Positions 29,090-37,327 of a stretch of DNA of 60,480 bases are shown piece by piece. Position numbers and translations under genes: made by a program. Below the pieces are notes generated by a model. It ran no database searches. It had not been told where the DNA came from and saw only the letters and a list, made by a program, of their open reading frames with translations. Origin of the DNA: Fibrobacteria bacterium (GTDB lineage: Bacteria > Fibrobacterota > Fibrobacteria > UBA11236); assembly GCA_050486505.1 (NCBI GenBank), contig JBJHDK010000007.1, positions 1 through 60,480 on the forward strand, given 5' to 3'. The number at the start of each line of letters is the position of its first letter. Position 1 is the first letter of the stretch.

Positions 29090-30190
29090 ATGACCACCCT
29101 CTTCAACCACCCGCAACACAGCGTCTTTCAGCGGACCGCCTTCCTGATCACGCTCGGCCTGATCACCTTGGGCTTTCTGTTCATGATCCGGCACTTCCTG
29201 CTGACCCTGTTCCTGGCGGGAGTGTTCACCGGTCTTTCGTACCCCCTCTTTCTCTGGCTCTCCCGCAAACTCCGCAGCCGCGTCGCCGCATCGCTGGCGA
29301 CCCTGCTCATTCTGCTCCTGCTGGTGGTTCTCCCCGTCAGCGCCGTGATCATGATCGCCTACCAGCAGGCGTTCGCGCTGTTCACGGGCTTCGACTACCA
29401 AGGGCTTCCGGGGAGGATCGACACCTTGCTGCGCGACTTGCAGCAACGCTTTCCCATGGTTTTCGACCAACTCAACATCAGTCGCCAGGAACTCACGGGA
29501 TACGCCATCACGGGAACGCAGCGCGCACTCGAATGGATCGTGCGCCAGGGGGCAAGCATTACCTTGATCGCAGCCACGGGGTTCCTGAACTTCTTCCTCA
29601 TGCTCTTCTACATGTTCTACTTCTATCTCGACGGGGAGCGCATTCTCGACCGCATGATCCGCTGGTCCCCCTTGCCCGACGACTTCGAGCGCGCATTGCT
29701 GAAGCGCTTCCTGGTCGTGGGACGCGGCACACTGAAGGGCATTTTCGTCATCGGTGCGACGCAAGGGGCGCTTTGTTCCGTCCTGTTCTGGTCCGTCGGA
29801 GTCGGATCCCCGATCTTCCTCGGGGTGATCGCAGTGTTCGCCTCGGTGGTCCCTGCCTTCGGCGTCGGCCTCGTCTGGTTTCCCGTCGCGGTCGTGCTGC
29901 TGCTGGGCGGCAATGTGCTCAAGGGCCTGATCGTGCTGGCAGTGGGTTTCGCCGTCATCTCCACCATCGACAACCTCATGCGTCCAAAGGTGGTCGGCAA
30001 GGACATCAAGATGCACGACGTCATGGTGCTCGTCTCCACCTTGGGCGGCCTGGTCTGGTTCGGTCTTTCGGGCTTTATCATCGGCCCCATCATCGCGGCC
30101 CTCTTCCTCAGCGGCTGGAGCATTTTCGAAAGAATGTTCGACAAGGAATTGAGTGAAAACCGCAGCCCATTTATCGAGACGGAGAATTGA
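29090..30190 (+). CDS. AI-2E family transporter
   Basis: Multiple TM helices; FYFYLDGE, IDNLMRPKVVG, GGLVWFGLSGFIIGP. Confidence 0.92.
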   Translation: MTTLFNHPQHSVFQRTAFLITLGLITLGFLFMIRHFLLTLFLAGVFTGLSYPLFLWLSRKLRSRVAASLATLLILLLLVVLPVSAVIMIAYQQAFALFTGFDYQGLPGRIDTLLRDLQQRFPMVFDQLNISRQELTGYAITGTQRALEWIVRQGASITLIAATGFLNFFLMLFYMFYFYLDGERILDRMIRWSPLPDDFERALLKRFLVVGRGTLKGIFVIGATQGALCSVLFWSVGVGSPIFLGVIAVFASVVPAFGVGLVWFPVAVVLLLGGNVLKGLIVLAVGFAVISTIDNLMRPKVVGKDIKMHDVMVLVSTLGGLVWFGLSGFIIGPIIAALFLSGWSIFERMFDKELSENRSPFIETEN

Positions 30191-30197
30191 CGTCTCA

Positions 30198-30956
30198 GTG
30201 AAGCTCTTCGCCCTCTCCGATCCCCATCTCGCCTTCGGCGTGGCCGGCAAGACGATGGATCGCTTCGGCGAGGAATGGGTGAGCCACCCCGAAAAGATCG
30301 AGGCGAACTGGCGCGCGGTGGTCGGCCCGAAGGATGTGGTCGCGGTTCCCGGCGACATCAGCTGGGCCAAAAAGCTCCCCGACGTGATGCCCGATCTTGA
30401 ATGGCTCGACCGGCTCCCCGGCATCAAGGTCATTTTGCGCGGCAACCACGACTTCTGGTGGCCGACCAATGCGACCCTGGAGCGCGAACTGCCTCTCTCG
30501 CTGCGCTTCGTTCACAATAACCACGTCCGCGTGGGACCGTTCACGTTCTTCGGCGCGCGCCTGTGGGACACCACGGAATACTCGCTCTTCGACCTCATCG
30601 CCTGGGACCCCGCCAAGGGCCCGATTCCCGGGCTGCCCACCGGGAAGGTGCTCGACAAACAGGAAGAGATCTACGACCATGAACTGCACCGGCTGCGCAT
30701 CAGCATGGCCGGGCTTCCGGAAGAGGGCGTGCGAATCGCCTTGACCCACTATCCCCCGCTCGACCATCTCCTGAACCCGTCGCGTGTCTCGGGAATGCTC
30801 GAGGGCGCGGGGGCACGACATGTGATCTTCGGGCACCTGCATTCGGTGAAACCCGAATGGAAGGGCAAGGCTTTCGGAACGCGCGGCGGCACCGAGTACC
30901 ACCTCACCTCGTGCGACTATCTGGATTTCAAACCGAAACTGATTTGCGAGGCGTGA
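30198..30956 (+). CDS. Metallophosphoesterase
   Basis: SDPHL, PGDISWA, RGNHD, THYPP, FGHLH. Confidence 0.9.
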   Translation: MKLFALSDPHLAFGVAGKTMDRFGEEWVSHPEKIEANWRAVVGPKDVVAVPGDISWAKKLPDVMPDLEWLDRLPGIKVILRGNHDFWWPTNATLERELPLSLRFVHNNHVRVGPFTFFGARLWDTTEYSLFDLIAWDPAKGPIPGLPTGKVLDKQEEIYDHELHRLRISMAGLPEEGVRIALTHYPPLDHLLNPSRVSGMLEGAGARHVIFGHLHSVKPEWKGKAFGTRGGTEYHLTSCDYLDFKPKLICEA

Positions 30957-32097
30957 TGTCGGCCCGTGCCAACAGGTCTGCGGCGATTTCATCGAGCAGC
31001 GGCCAGCCCTTGTCGAGCAACCGCAGGGCGTCATCTTCCACACGCGCATAGCCGGCGGAGTCGAGCCGCGCGAACACCGCGTCGTCCCAAGCCACCCCGA
31101 AGTCGCGCTCCAGCGCCGTGAGTGACACGCCGCGCGCCTGCCGCAACCCGAGCGACACCGCCTCGGTGAGCCGCGCCGTATCGTCCAGTTCGTCCCACTC
31201 GCGCGCGGCTTCGGGAAAACCCGCTTCGCCCCAGGCGAGATAGTCGCGCAACTCACGCGGATTCATCCAGCGACGGCGACCGTCGTGGCCATGCGCCCCG
31301 GGCCCGAAGGCCAGCCAGGACTCGCCGCTCCAGTAGCCCTGGTTGTGGCGGCACTCCTCGCCGGGCCGGGCGAAGTTCGAGACCTCGTAGCGTGCCAAAC
31401 CGTGCCGCGCCAACAGCGCCACCCCCGCGTCGTACATCTCCTGATAGTCTCCGCCCTCGGGAAGCTTCAGGAGGCCGGCACGGTGCAGCCGGTCGAACTC
31501 GGTGCCCTGCTCGATCGTCAGCCCGTAGAAGGAAATATGCGAGGGATGGTAGCGCAGCAGGCGCTCGAGGTTCGCGAGAAAACGTTCGGAGGTTTGCCCG
31601 GGCAGGCCGAAGATGAGATCGGCGCTCCACCGCAGGCCGGACGACGCCGCTTCCGAGGACAGCAGGGACAACGCGTCCTCGGCCGTCTCCGGGGAGTGCA
31701 CGCGCCCGAGCAAAGTCAGCTCGTCCTGATGGAAGCTTTGCACGCCGAGGCTGACGCGATGGAATCCCAGTGCGCGCCACGCCGCGAGCTTGTCGGCGGT
31801 AAGACTGCTGGGGTTGGCTTCGAGGGTCATCTCCCCCACGGCCGACAGGTCGAAGTTCCGCCGGAGGGCCCCCACCAGTTTCTCGAGATACGTCGCGGGC
31901 ACGACCGACGGGGTCCCGCCCCCGAAAAAGACGGTGGACACCGGAGCGCCCCCCCATTCACCCTTTCCGGCCTGTTCGATTTCCGCCAATGCGGTTTCAA
32001 GCCACTTGCGTTGCGTCACCGCGGGGCTTTCCCAGCTGGCAAAATCGCAGTAGTGGCACTTTTTTTCGCAGAACGGGACGTGGAGGTAGAGTTGCAA
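30928..32097 (-). CDS. hemW: Radical SAM heme chaperone HemW
   Basis: LYLHVPFCEKKCHYCDF, GGGTPS, EANP, DLIFGLPGQ, YEVSNFA, HNQGYW. Confidence 0.93.
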   Translation of the reverse strand: MQLYLHVPFCEKKCHYCDFASWESPAVTQRKWLETALAEIEQAGKGEWGGAPVSTVFFGGGTPSVVPATYLEKLVGALRRNFDLSAVGEMTLEANPSSLTADKLAAWRALGFHRVSLGVQSFHQDELTLLGRVHSPETAEDALSLLSSEAASSGLRWSADLIFGLPGQTSERFLANLERLLRYHPSHISFYGLTIEQGTEFDRLHRAGLLKLPEGGDYQEMYDAGVALLARHGLARYEVSNFARPGEECRHNQGYWSGESWLAFGPGAHGHDGRRRWMNPRELRDYLAWGEAGFPEAAREWDELDDTARLTEAVSLGLRQARGVSLTALERDFGVAWDDAVFARLDSAGYARVEDDALRLLDKGWPLLDEIAADLLARADITPRKSVSV

Positions 32098-32099
32098 GG

Positions 32100-32131
32100 G
32101 AATTATGAGTTATGAGTTACGAGTTACGAGT
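32100..32131. repeat. 7-bp tandem repeat GARTTAY
   Basis: GAATTAT GAGTTAT GAGTTAC GAGTTAC GAGT immediately upstream of hemW. Confidence 0.8.
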
Positions 32132-32159
32132 GAGGAGGGGGTTCGGGGAAGAAAGGTAG

Positions 32160-32257
32160 AAGGGATTGGCACCGCCTGTAGGGGCGAGTCGCCGACTCGC
32201 CCGTTGCGAATCTCAGGGCGGGAAAGGGATTGGCACCGCATGTAGGGGCGAGTCGCC
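32160..32257. repeat. Tandem pair of 34-bp GTAG-REP-containing units (64-bp period)
   Basis: AAGGGATTGGCACCGC(C/A)TGTAGGGGCGAGTCGCC at 32160 and 32224. Confidence 0.85.
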
Positions 32258-32354
32258 TCGGCCGTTTCGGAGCCTCAGAGCGAGGAAGTCGAAGATGTTT
32301 GGGATTCTACATCATTATCCCGCAGGATGGTTTGGGTCTGGGAGGAACCCAAGC

Positions 32355-32390
32355 CGTCATTCCCGCGAAGGCGGGCAAGGCATCCAGTCA
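32355..32390 (+). repeat. CGTC-type REP
   Basis: CGTCATTCCCGCGAAGGCGGG...TCCAGTCA; related copy at 60424. Confidence 0.7.
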
Positions 32391-32418
32391 GTAGAGTCCG
32401 CCTGGAAGATATCTGAGA

Positions 32419-32648
32419 TCAACCACTCTCGCCGATCAAGCGCCGTATTTTCAGATCACACCGATGTTCTCGATTACCTTGAAGTGCATAACTGAGACCT
32501 GGCTTCAGTTCAAAATCAAGATTGGCGTCTCCTCGAACATTAAACAACCTGAAATCGGATTGCCATAATTCATTAAACACATCTCGATAAATCACTGTGC
32601 CGTATACATAAATGCCAATCTTCTGATTATCCCATTCACTCTTGGACC
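32419..32648 (-). pseudogene. AT-rich 3' gene fragment abutting the IS, related to the 59525-60412 protein
   Basis: IYVYGTVIYRDVFNELWQSDF aligns with FCLYGTLTYSDVLGDTWEVVF; no start outside the IS. Confidence 0.55.
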
Positions 32649-32713
32649 TGGAGTATGTAGGGGATTTCGGTCCATTCTTAACTTGAGGGGTTAGCCCCCT
32701 CGGAGGAGGATGG

Positions 32714-32977
32714 ATGAAAAAAGGACGATTCACAGACGAGCAGATCGTGGCCATTGTCCGGGAGTCGCGGGCACATGGCGTCCCGGCGACCGCCAAGAAA
32801 CATCAGGTCTCGGAGCAAACCCTTTACACCTGGCGACGGCGCTTCGGGGATATGGAAGTGTCCCACGTCGCCGAACTCAAGCGCGCACTGGCTGAGAATG
32901 CCAAGCTGAAGAAGCTGCTGGCGGAACGCGACCTTGAGATCGATGTGATGAAGGAGGTTGTCGCAAAAAAATGGTAG
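32714..32977 (+). CDS. IS3 transposase OrfA (HTH)
   Basis: MKKGRFTDEQIVAI, SEQTLYTWRRRFG, ENAKLKKLLAE; A7 slippery run 32965-32971. Confidence 0.93.
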   Translation: MKKGRFTDEQIVAIVRESRAHGVPATAKKHQVSEQTLYTWRRRFGDMEVSHVAELKRALAENAKLKKLLAERDLEIDVMKEVVAKKW

Positions 32978-33801
32978 GCGTACCAGCCAGAGTTCAGGCA
33001 GCTCGGTACGCCGGAGAACGAGGAATCGGCCTGCGTCGTGCCTGCAACCTGTTCGGAGTCGCGCGCTCCATGACCACCTACCGCCATCGTCAACCGGAGA
33101 AAGACAAGCCCATGCTTGAGGCCATCACCGAAGTGTCGCGCCAGAACACATCGTGGGGAGCCCCGATGATCCATGGCTGGCTGCGTGAAAAGGGCCACAA
33201 CGACGGGCTATCCCGGGTGCGCCGGATTTGGCGTGCATACGGGTTTGCGGCGCAGTGGAAGAAGAAGCGGCGCAAGCTCCGGACGGGTGCCCGACTGAAG
33301 CCACAGGCCATGGCTCCCGGCTCGGTGTGGTGCATGGACTTTGCGGAAGATCGATTGATAAACGGCAACAAGTTCTTCGCCTTTCTGGTGAAGGATGAGG
33401 CGTCGGCTTACGGCCTGGCGGTCGAAGTCGAGCGGTCGTTCAAGGGGATCGACGTGGAGCGTGTGCTGGACGGGTTGGTGGAGGCCCACGGCGCACCGGA
33501 CTTCATCCGTTGCGACAATGGTGGCCAGTTCATCGCATTCGTGGTGAAGCGGTGGGCTGACAGGAAGGGTATCCAGATGGCCTACATCGATCCGGGCAAG
33601 CCGTGGCAGAACGGAAGCGCGGAGAGTTTCGTGGGCACGTACAGAAGGGAGGTACTGAACGCCGAGCTGTTTGGCTCGTTGCAAGAAGCGAAATGGTTCT
33701 CGGACAGGTGGCGGAGGAAGTACAACCAGGAACGGCCACACAGCCGTTTGGGGTACCGGCCCCCGGCTACCGCCTACCCCAAAATCGAACGATTCGGGTA
33801 G
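32971..33801 (+). CDS. IS3 transposase OrfB (DDE), -1 frame relative to OrfA
   Basis: WCMDF, IRCDNGGQF, PGKPWQNGSAESF, YNQERPHSRLGYRPP. Confidence 0.93.
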   Translation: MVGVPARVQAARYAGERGIGLRRACNLFGVARSMTTYRHRQPEKDKPMLEAITEVSRQNTSWGAPMIHGWLREKGHNDGLSRVRRIWRAYGFAAQWKKKRRKLRTGARLKPQAMAPGSVWCMDFAEDRLINGNKFFAFLVKDEASAYGLAVEVERSFKGIDVERVLDGLVEAHGAPDFIRCDNGGQFIAFVVKRWADRKGIQMAYIDPGKPWQNGSAESFVGTYRREVLNAELFGSLQEAKWFSDRWRRKYNQERPHSRLGYRPPATAYPKIERFG

Positions 33802-33844
33802 GGTGACTAAACTTCAAACTGGACCGAAATTCCGGCTATACTCA

Positions 33845-34186
33845 ACCGCTCTCAACCAGGATTTCACCGAAGTATTGTCCGACGTCCTCCGACCAATTGG
33901 AATAAACACGTGATCCTACCGGAACGCGAATTCTTGTGACCGTATAGGTTCCCGGTGGAACGTTGGGTGCGACGGAATGAATCGAAAAAGGCGACAGCGG
34001 TTTTGTCGAAATCGTGTCTTTGGTTTGAAGGTTCATAAGGGTCAGGGTTCCGCCTTTTCCTTTGGCTCCCAAGCCGCCGGACTCGAGAGAAAATGCAATC
34101 AGGCCGCCGTTTCCAACTTTGTTGATATCCGCGGAAGCGCAAGCGATCAGCAAGGAAGAAAAGATGAGCGCTACAGCATGTTTCAT
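33845..34186 (-). pseudogene. AT-rich lipoprotein gene truncated at the IS end
   Basis: MKHAVALIFSSLLIAC lipobox; VPPGTYTV; frame runs into a TGA supplied by the IS terminus. Confidence 0.65.
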
Positions 34187-34242
34187 CTCGACTGTTTCGC
34201 CAGCCTTTATTGGTTTGGGTGGCGGCAACTTCAACACGTCCC

Positions 34243-34710
34243 TCACTCCCCCCGGCTGCCGGTCAGCCCGAACTCCTCGAGGGCGGGCAAAAAATTCTTG
34301 CCCTCATGACCTGGGCGGCTGAGTCTCACCAGCGCGAAGCGCTGCAGGGAATCGAGAGTCTTCCAGCCCCCTGAAGAAACGGCGACGCCGAAGAGTTCCC
34401 CCTTCTCCGCCACTTGGGCCGGGACATCCTCCGCCTCCCACAACCGTTCGGCCGGGCTGTCCATCATCGTCGGCAAGGCTCCGCAGTTGATGCGCACCAG
34501 CAGCGAAATGAAATCACGAAAGCCGCGGATTTCGTCGGGCGTGTCGCAGGGCATTCCGACGAGGTACTCCCGCTCGGCGGGATCCATCTTTGCCCATTCA
34601 CCGAGCTTGAGTTTGACGCCCGCGAGATCGAGCTTCAGGCATACGCACATGGGAATGCAACGCAGGGTGTCGACGAAGCCGGATTCGAAGGCGAAGTAGC
34701 GGGGGGGCAT
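34243..34710 (-). CDS. Nitrate reductase-associated protein (NarM-like)
   Basis: FAFESGFVDTLRCIPMCVCLKLDLAGVKLKL, LQRFALVRLSRPGHEGKNF. Confidence 0.88.
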   Translation of the reverse strand: MPPRYFAFESGFVDTLRCIPMCVCLKLDLAGVKLKLGEWAKMDPAEREYLVGMPCDTPDEIRGFRDFISLLVRINCGALPTMMDSPAERLWEAEDVPAQVAEKGELFGVAVSSGGWKTLDSLQRFALVRLSRPGHEGKNFLPALEEFGLTGSRGE

Positions 34711-34828
34711 GGGGGGAAATTAAGAATCAAGAGTCAAGAATGTGGAGAGTCATGACAGGGCTTCTCGACAGGAAGACGATTCGGGATAGATCGCTGAGTC
34801 ATCACCACTCCTTCTCGACTCTGGCAAC

Positions 34829-34858
34829 AAAAAAGCGCGGGGCCGAAGGTCCCGCGCT
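34829..34858 (-). terminator. Intrinsic terminator
   Basis: Minus strand AGCGCGGGACC-TTC-GGCCCCGCGC-T6 after 34883-35188. Confidence 0.75.
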
Positions 34859-34882
34859 GCGCATGATGGAAGCACGCGAAAC

Positions 34883-35188
34883 TCAGAACCCGTGATCGTC
34901 CCGTGCGCCGACCTTTTCGGGCAGGGCATCGGGGTGGGGCGTGCCGTTGGCGAGCTCGTCTTTCGGTTTCGATTCCTTGCGCACCCAGAAGGCATATGCG
35001 GCGGCTCCGAGCGCGGCCACGGCACCCAAAAGCAACAGGGCCTTGGGCCAGGTCCGTTTCTTCGGGCGCAACGAGAGCGACTTCAGGTTTTCGAACTTGA
35101 TCGACTTGCGTGTGTTTTCAAGGCGCGCGACCGCGTCCTTCAGGTCGTCCACCGTGTGGTTCAGGCGGCTTTGCATTTGTCCGAGCAT
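34883..35188 (-). CDS. Small single-TM hypothetical protein
   Basis: AGGAGG RBS; coiled N-terminus, hydrophobic ALLLLGAVAALGAAAYAFW; own terminator. Confidence 0.7.
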   Translation of the reverse strand: MLGQMQSRLNHTVDDLKDAVARLENTRKSIKFENLKSLSLRPKKRTWPKALLLLGAVAALGAAAYAFWVRKESKPKDELANGTPHPDALPEKVGARDDHGF

Positions 35189-35323
35189 TGTTTCCCTCCT
35201 TTGCCGGATGTGCACCCATTAACGTACTTGACTTTGCCCTCGCGGGCGTGGAAAATCGGTTGCCGAACCGCCGCTTTTTCGCAGGAGATTCGCAAATCCG
35301 GTTTGGCGGAAAGGCGAAGAGTT

Positions 35324-37327
35324 CTAAAACGCCTGCGCGAGATCAACCAGCCAGCGATCGGGCAGGGAGCCGCCTCCCTCACGTCCCCAGGCGAGGTCGA
35401 CGCGCAGGTTGAACACCCCCAGCAGGGGATATCGAAATCCGCCCCCCCACGCCACTCCCCGCCCGTGCCCGGAGGTGAAAAACTCCCGGCTGAGTTCGAA
35501 GGATTCTTCGCCGCGCAGGTTCCAGACCTTTCCGAAGTCGACGAACGGAACCAGTTCGACCGGCTTGAAAAACCCGATGAAACCATGCGGACTGACGCCG
35601 GGAAAATCAAGCGGGCTGATGCGCAACTCCGCAGAGGCGAGGAAATAAGCGGGTTCAAGGGGGGTTCCCAGCAGCGGGCACGATCCCACTTCGGGGGATG
35701 GGATGTCGGGGCACAGCTGCCGGAACCCGTAGCTGCGCACGTTGCGGGGGCCGCCCAGGAAGAACCGGTCGGCGTTTTGCCCGCCTTCGCCGAAGAAACG
35801 CCCGCCGTCGAGGCGCAGGGCGAGCTTGAACTGCGACCATTCCGGCGGGTGGCCGTACCACGCGGATTTCGCCTCAAGCCAGTTGTGTCGTTCCGCCAGG
35901 CCGAATTCCCCGCGCTCGTACACCGCGCCCCCGTTGCCCCACGTGAGGGCGTAGCGCATGCCCTGCGCGGGGTTCAGGGGATGGTCGAGGAAGGAGATGA
36001 AACCCGTGTTGATGACGTTGAACAATCCACCGCGCTCCCGCGAAAGATCCCCTGCGGTGTCGGCGACCACGCGGTTCTTGTACTCGAGCTCGGTTCCACC
36101 CACCCAGCGCAGCCAGTAGGAGAAGCTGCGGGAGAGGTTCGAGATGTTGGCTGCACGAAAGTCGCCGCCATAGATCGCTTCGTCCGGCAGTTTGTCCTGG
36201 TACCACTCCGCGATGAGATCGTTGTCGAATCGCAGCAGGTAGCCGAACGTCAGCGGCGATCCGTATCCCGCCGAGACGTGCTGCTTCTTTTGAGCCAGGC
36301 CGGCGCCTAGACGCCCCTCCTTCAAACTGCCCGCCACGTTCGAATGCGCCACGTCGCCCGAGACGCCGAAGCCGAACTGGGTTTCGTAGAAGGCGGAGAG
36401 GCCCATGCGTCCGGGGACGCGCTCCTCGACGTCGAGCGTGAGGATGCTGCGCTCCGCACCGTCGGGGAGGCTGTCGCGCAGGCGGACGGTGAAGTACTGG
36501 CCGGTGGAGCGCAGCTTGGCGATGATGTCGTCGTTGATGCGGGCGCGCACGGTGTCGCCGCGCTGGTAGGGCACGAAGGAGCGCAACAATGTCCTGCGCG
36601 TAAGCCCCTCCAGGGAGTCGTGAGGGGCCGTGCGGCGCACGCTGAGCTGCAGGGTGTCGAACACCACGGCCAGCCCGCGCTCGACGACGTAATGCACGTG
36701 CACGCGCGCCAGCGAGTCGTCGACGCGGAGGTCGTCGCGCGTCTCGGCGCGCACGAACCCGGCATTACCGTATGCGCGGGTAACCTCGCGCAGGTCGCGT
36801 GCCACGTCGTCGGCGTGGTAGCGCCGCCCTTCACGGGCGCGCAGGGTGCGCGTGCCCGGCGGGGCGTCCAGGGTATCGCCGTCGGCCACCACGCGCACGG
36901 GGCCGTAGCGGTAGCGTCGCCCCTCGTTGATCGCCAAGGTGACGCGCCAGTCGTCGTCGGTCTCATCGGGAGGGGCGACACGCACGTCCACGTTCACGGA
37001 GAAGTAGCCGTGCTCGAGGTAGTGCAACTCGATGTCGTACGCGGCCTCGGCGGCCCAGTAGCGCACGTCGGCCTCGCGAAGCCGCTCGGGGACGGGCGGC
37101 GGGAGGGCGCGCAGCACGCGGTTCGAGAACGCGCGGTTTCCCTCGAGGAACACGTCGATGCCGGCGAACGAGGGGAGAGCGAGGAGCAGGAGACCGCCAA
37201 ACAGAGCCACCAGTCCTCCGTATGGGCGAGCTGCTGCTCGCCCATACAGGGAGCCGGTGCCCCTCGTCAGCCTTTCGTCCATTCGCATTTCCGCTAGTTC
37301 CATGCTTCCCTCTTCCTCACTCATCAC
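35324..37327 (-). CDS. tamA: Omp85 family TamA/BamA-like protein (start may be somewhat downstream)
   Basis: POTRA-like repeats (YLEHGYF, YGNAGF), FFLGGPRNVRSYG, FVDFGKVW, C-terminal LAQAF. Confidence 0.85.
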   Translation of the reverse strand: MMSEEEGSMELAEMRMDERLTRGTGSLYGRAAARPYGGLVALFGGLLLLALPSFAGIDVFLEGNRAFSNRVLRALPPPVPERLREADVRYWAAEAAYDIELHYLEHGYFSVNVDVRVAPPDETDDDWRVTLAINEGRRYRYGPVRVVADGDTLDAPPGTRTLRAREGRRYHADDVARDLREVTRAYGNAGFVRAETRDDLRVDDSLARVHVHYVVERGLAVVFDTLQLSVRRTAPHDSLEGLTRRTLLRSFVPYQRGDTVRARINDDIIAKLRSTGQYFTVRLRDSLPDGAERSILTLDVEERVPGRMGLSAFYETQFGFGVSGDVAHSNVAGSLKEGRLGAGLAQKKQHVSAGYGSPLTFGYLLRFDNDLIAEWYQDKLPDEAIYGGDFRAANISNLSRSFSYWLRWVGGTELEYKNRVVADTAGDLSRERGGLFNVINTGFISFLDHPLNPAQGMRYALTWGNGGAVYERGEFGLAERHNWLEAKSAWYGHPPEWSQFKLALRLDGGRFFGEGGQNADRFFLGGPRNVRSYGFRQLCPDIPSPEVGSCPLLGTPLEPAYFLASAELRISPLDFPGVSPHGFIGFFKPVELVPFVDFGKVWNLRGEESFELSREFFTSGHGRGVAWGGGFRYPLLGVFNLRVDLAWGREGGGSLPDRWLVDLAQAF

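Larger units (their letters stand above)
32649..33844 (+). mobile_element. IS3-family insertion sequence
   Basis: Ends TG...CA; imperfect IRs GAGTATGTAGGGGATTTCGGTCCA / TGGACCGAAATTCCGGCTATACTC; ACC on both flanks; orfA/orfB. Confidence 0.92.

Noticed and set aside
28007..30469. Apparent 820-aa and 720-aa fusion proteins in the ORF track
   Set aside because: Read-through extensions of two divergent genes whose real starts are 29014 (-) and 29090 (+)
32160..32257. Possible mini CRISPR array (34-bp repeat, 30-bp spacer)
   Set aside because: Only two units, each containing the GTAG REP core; no cas genes in the window
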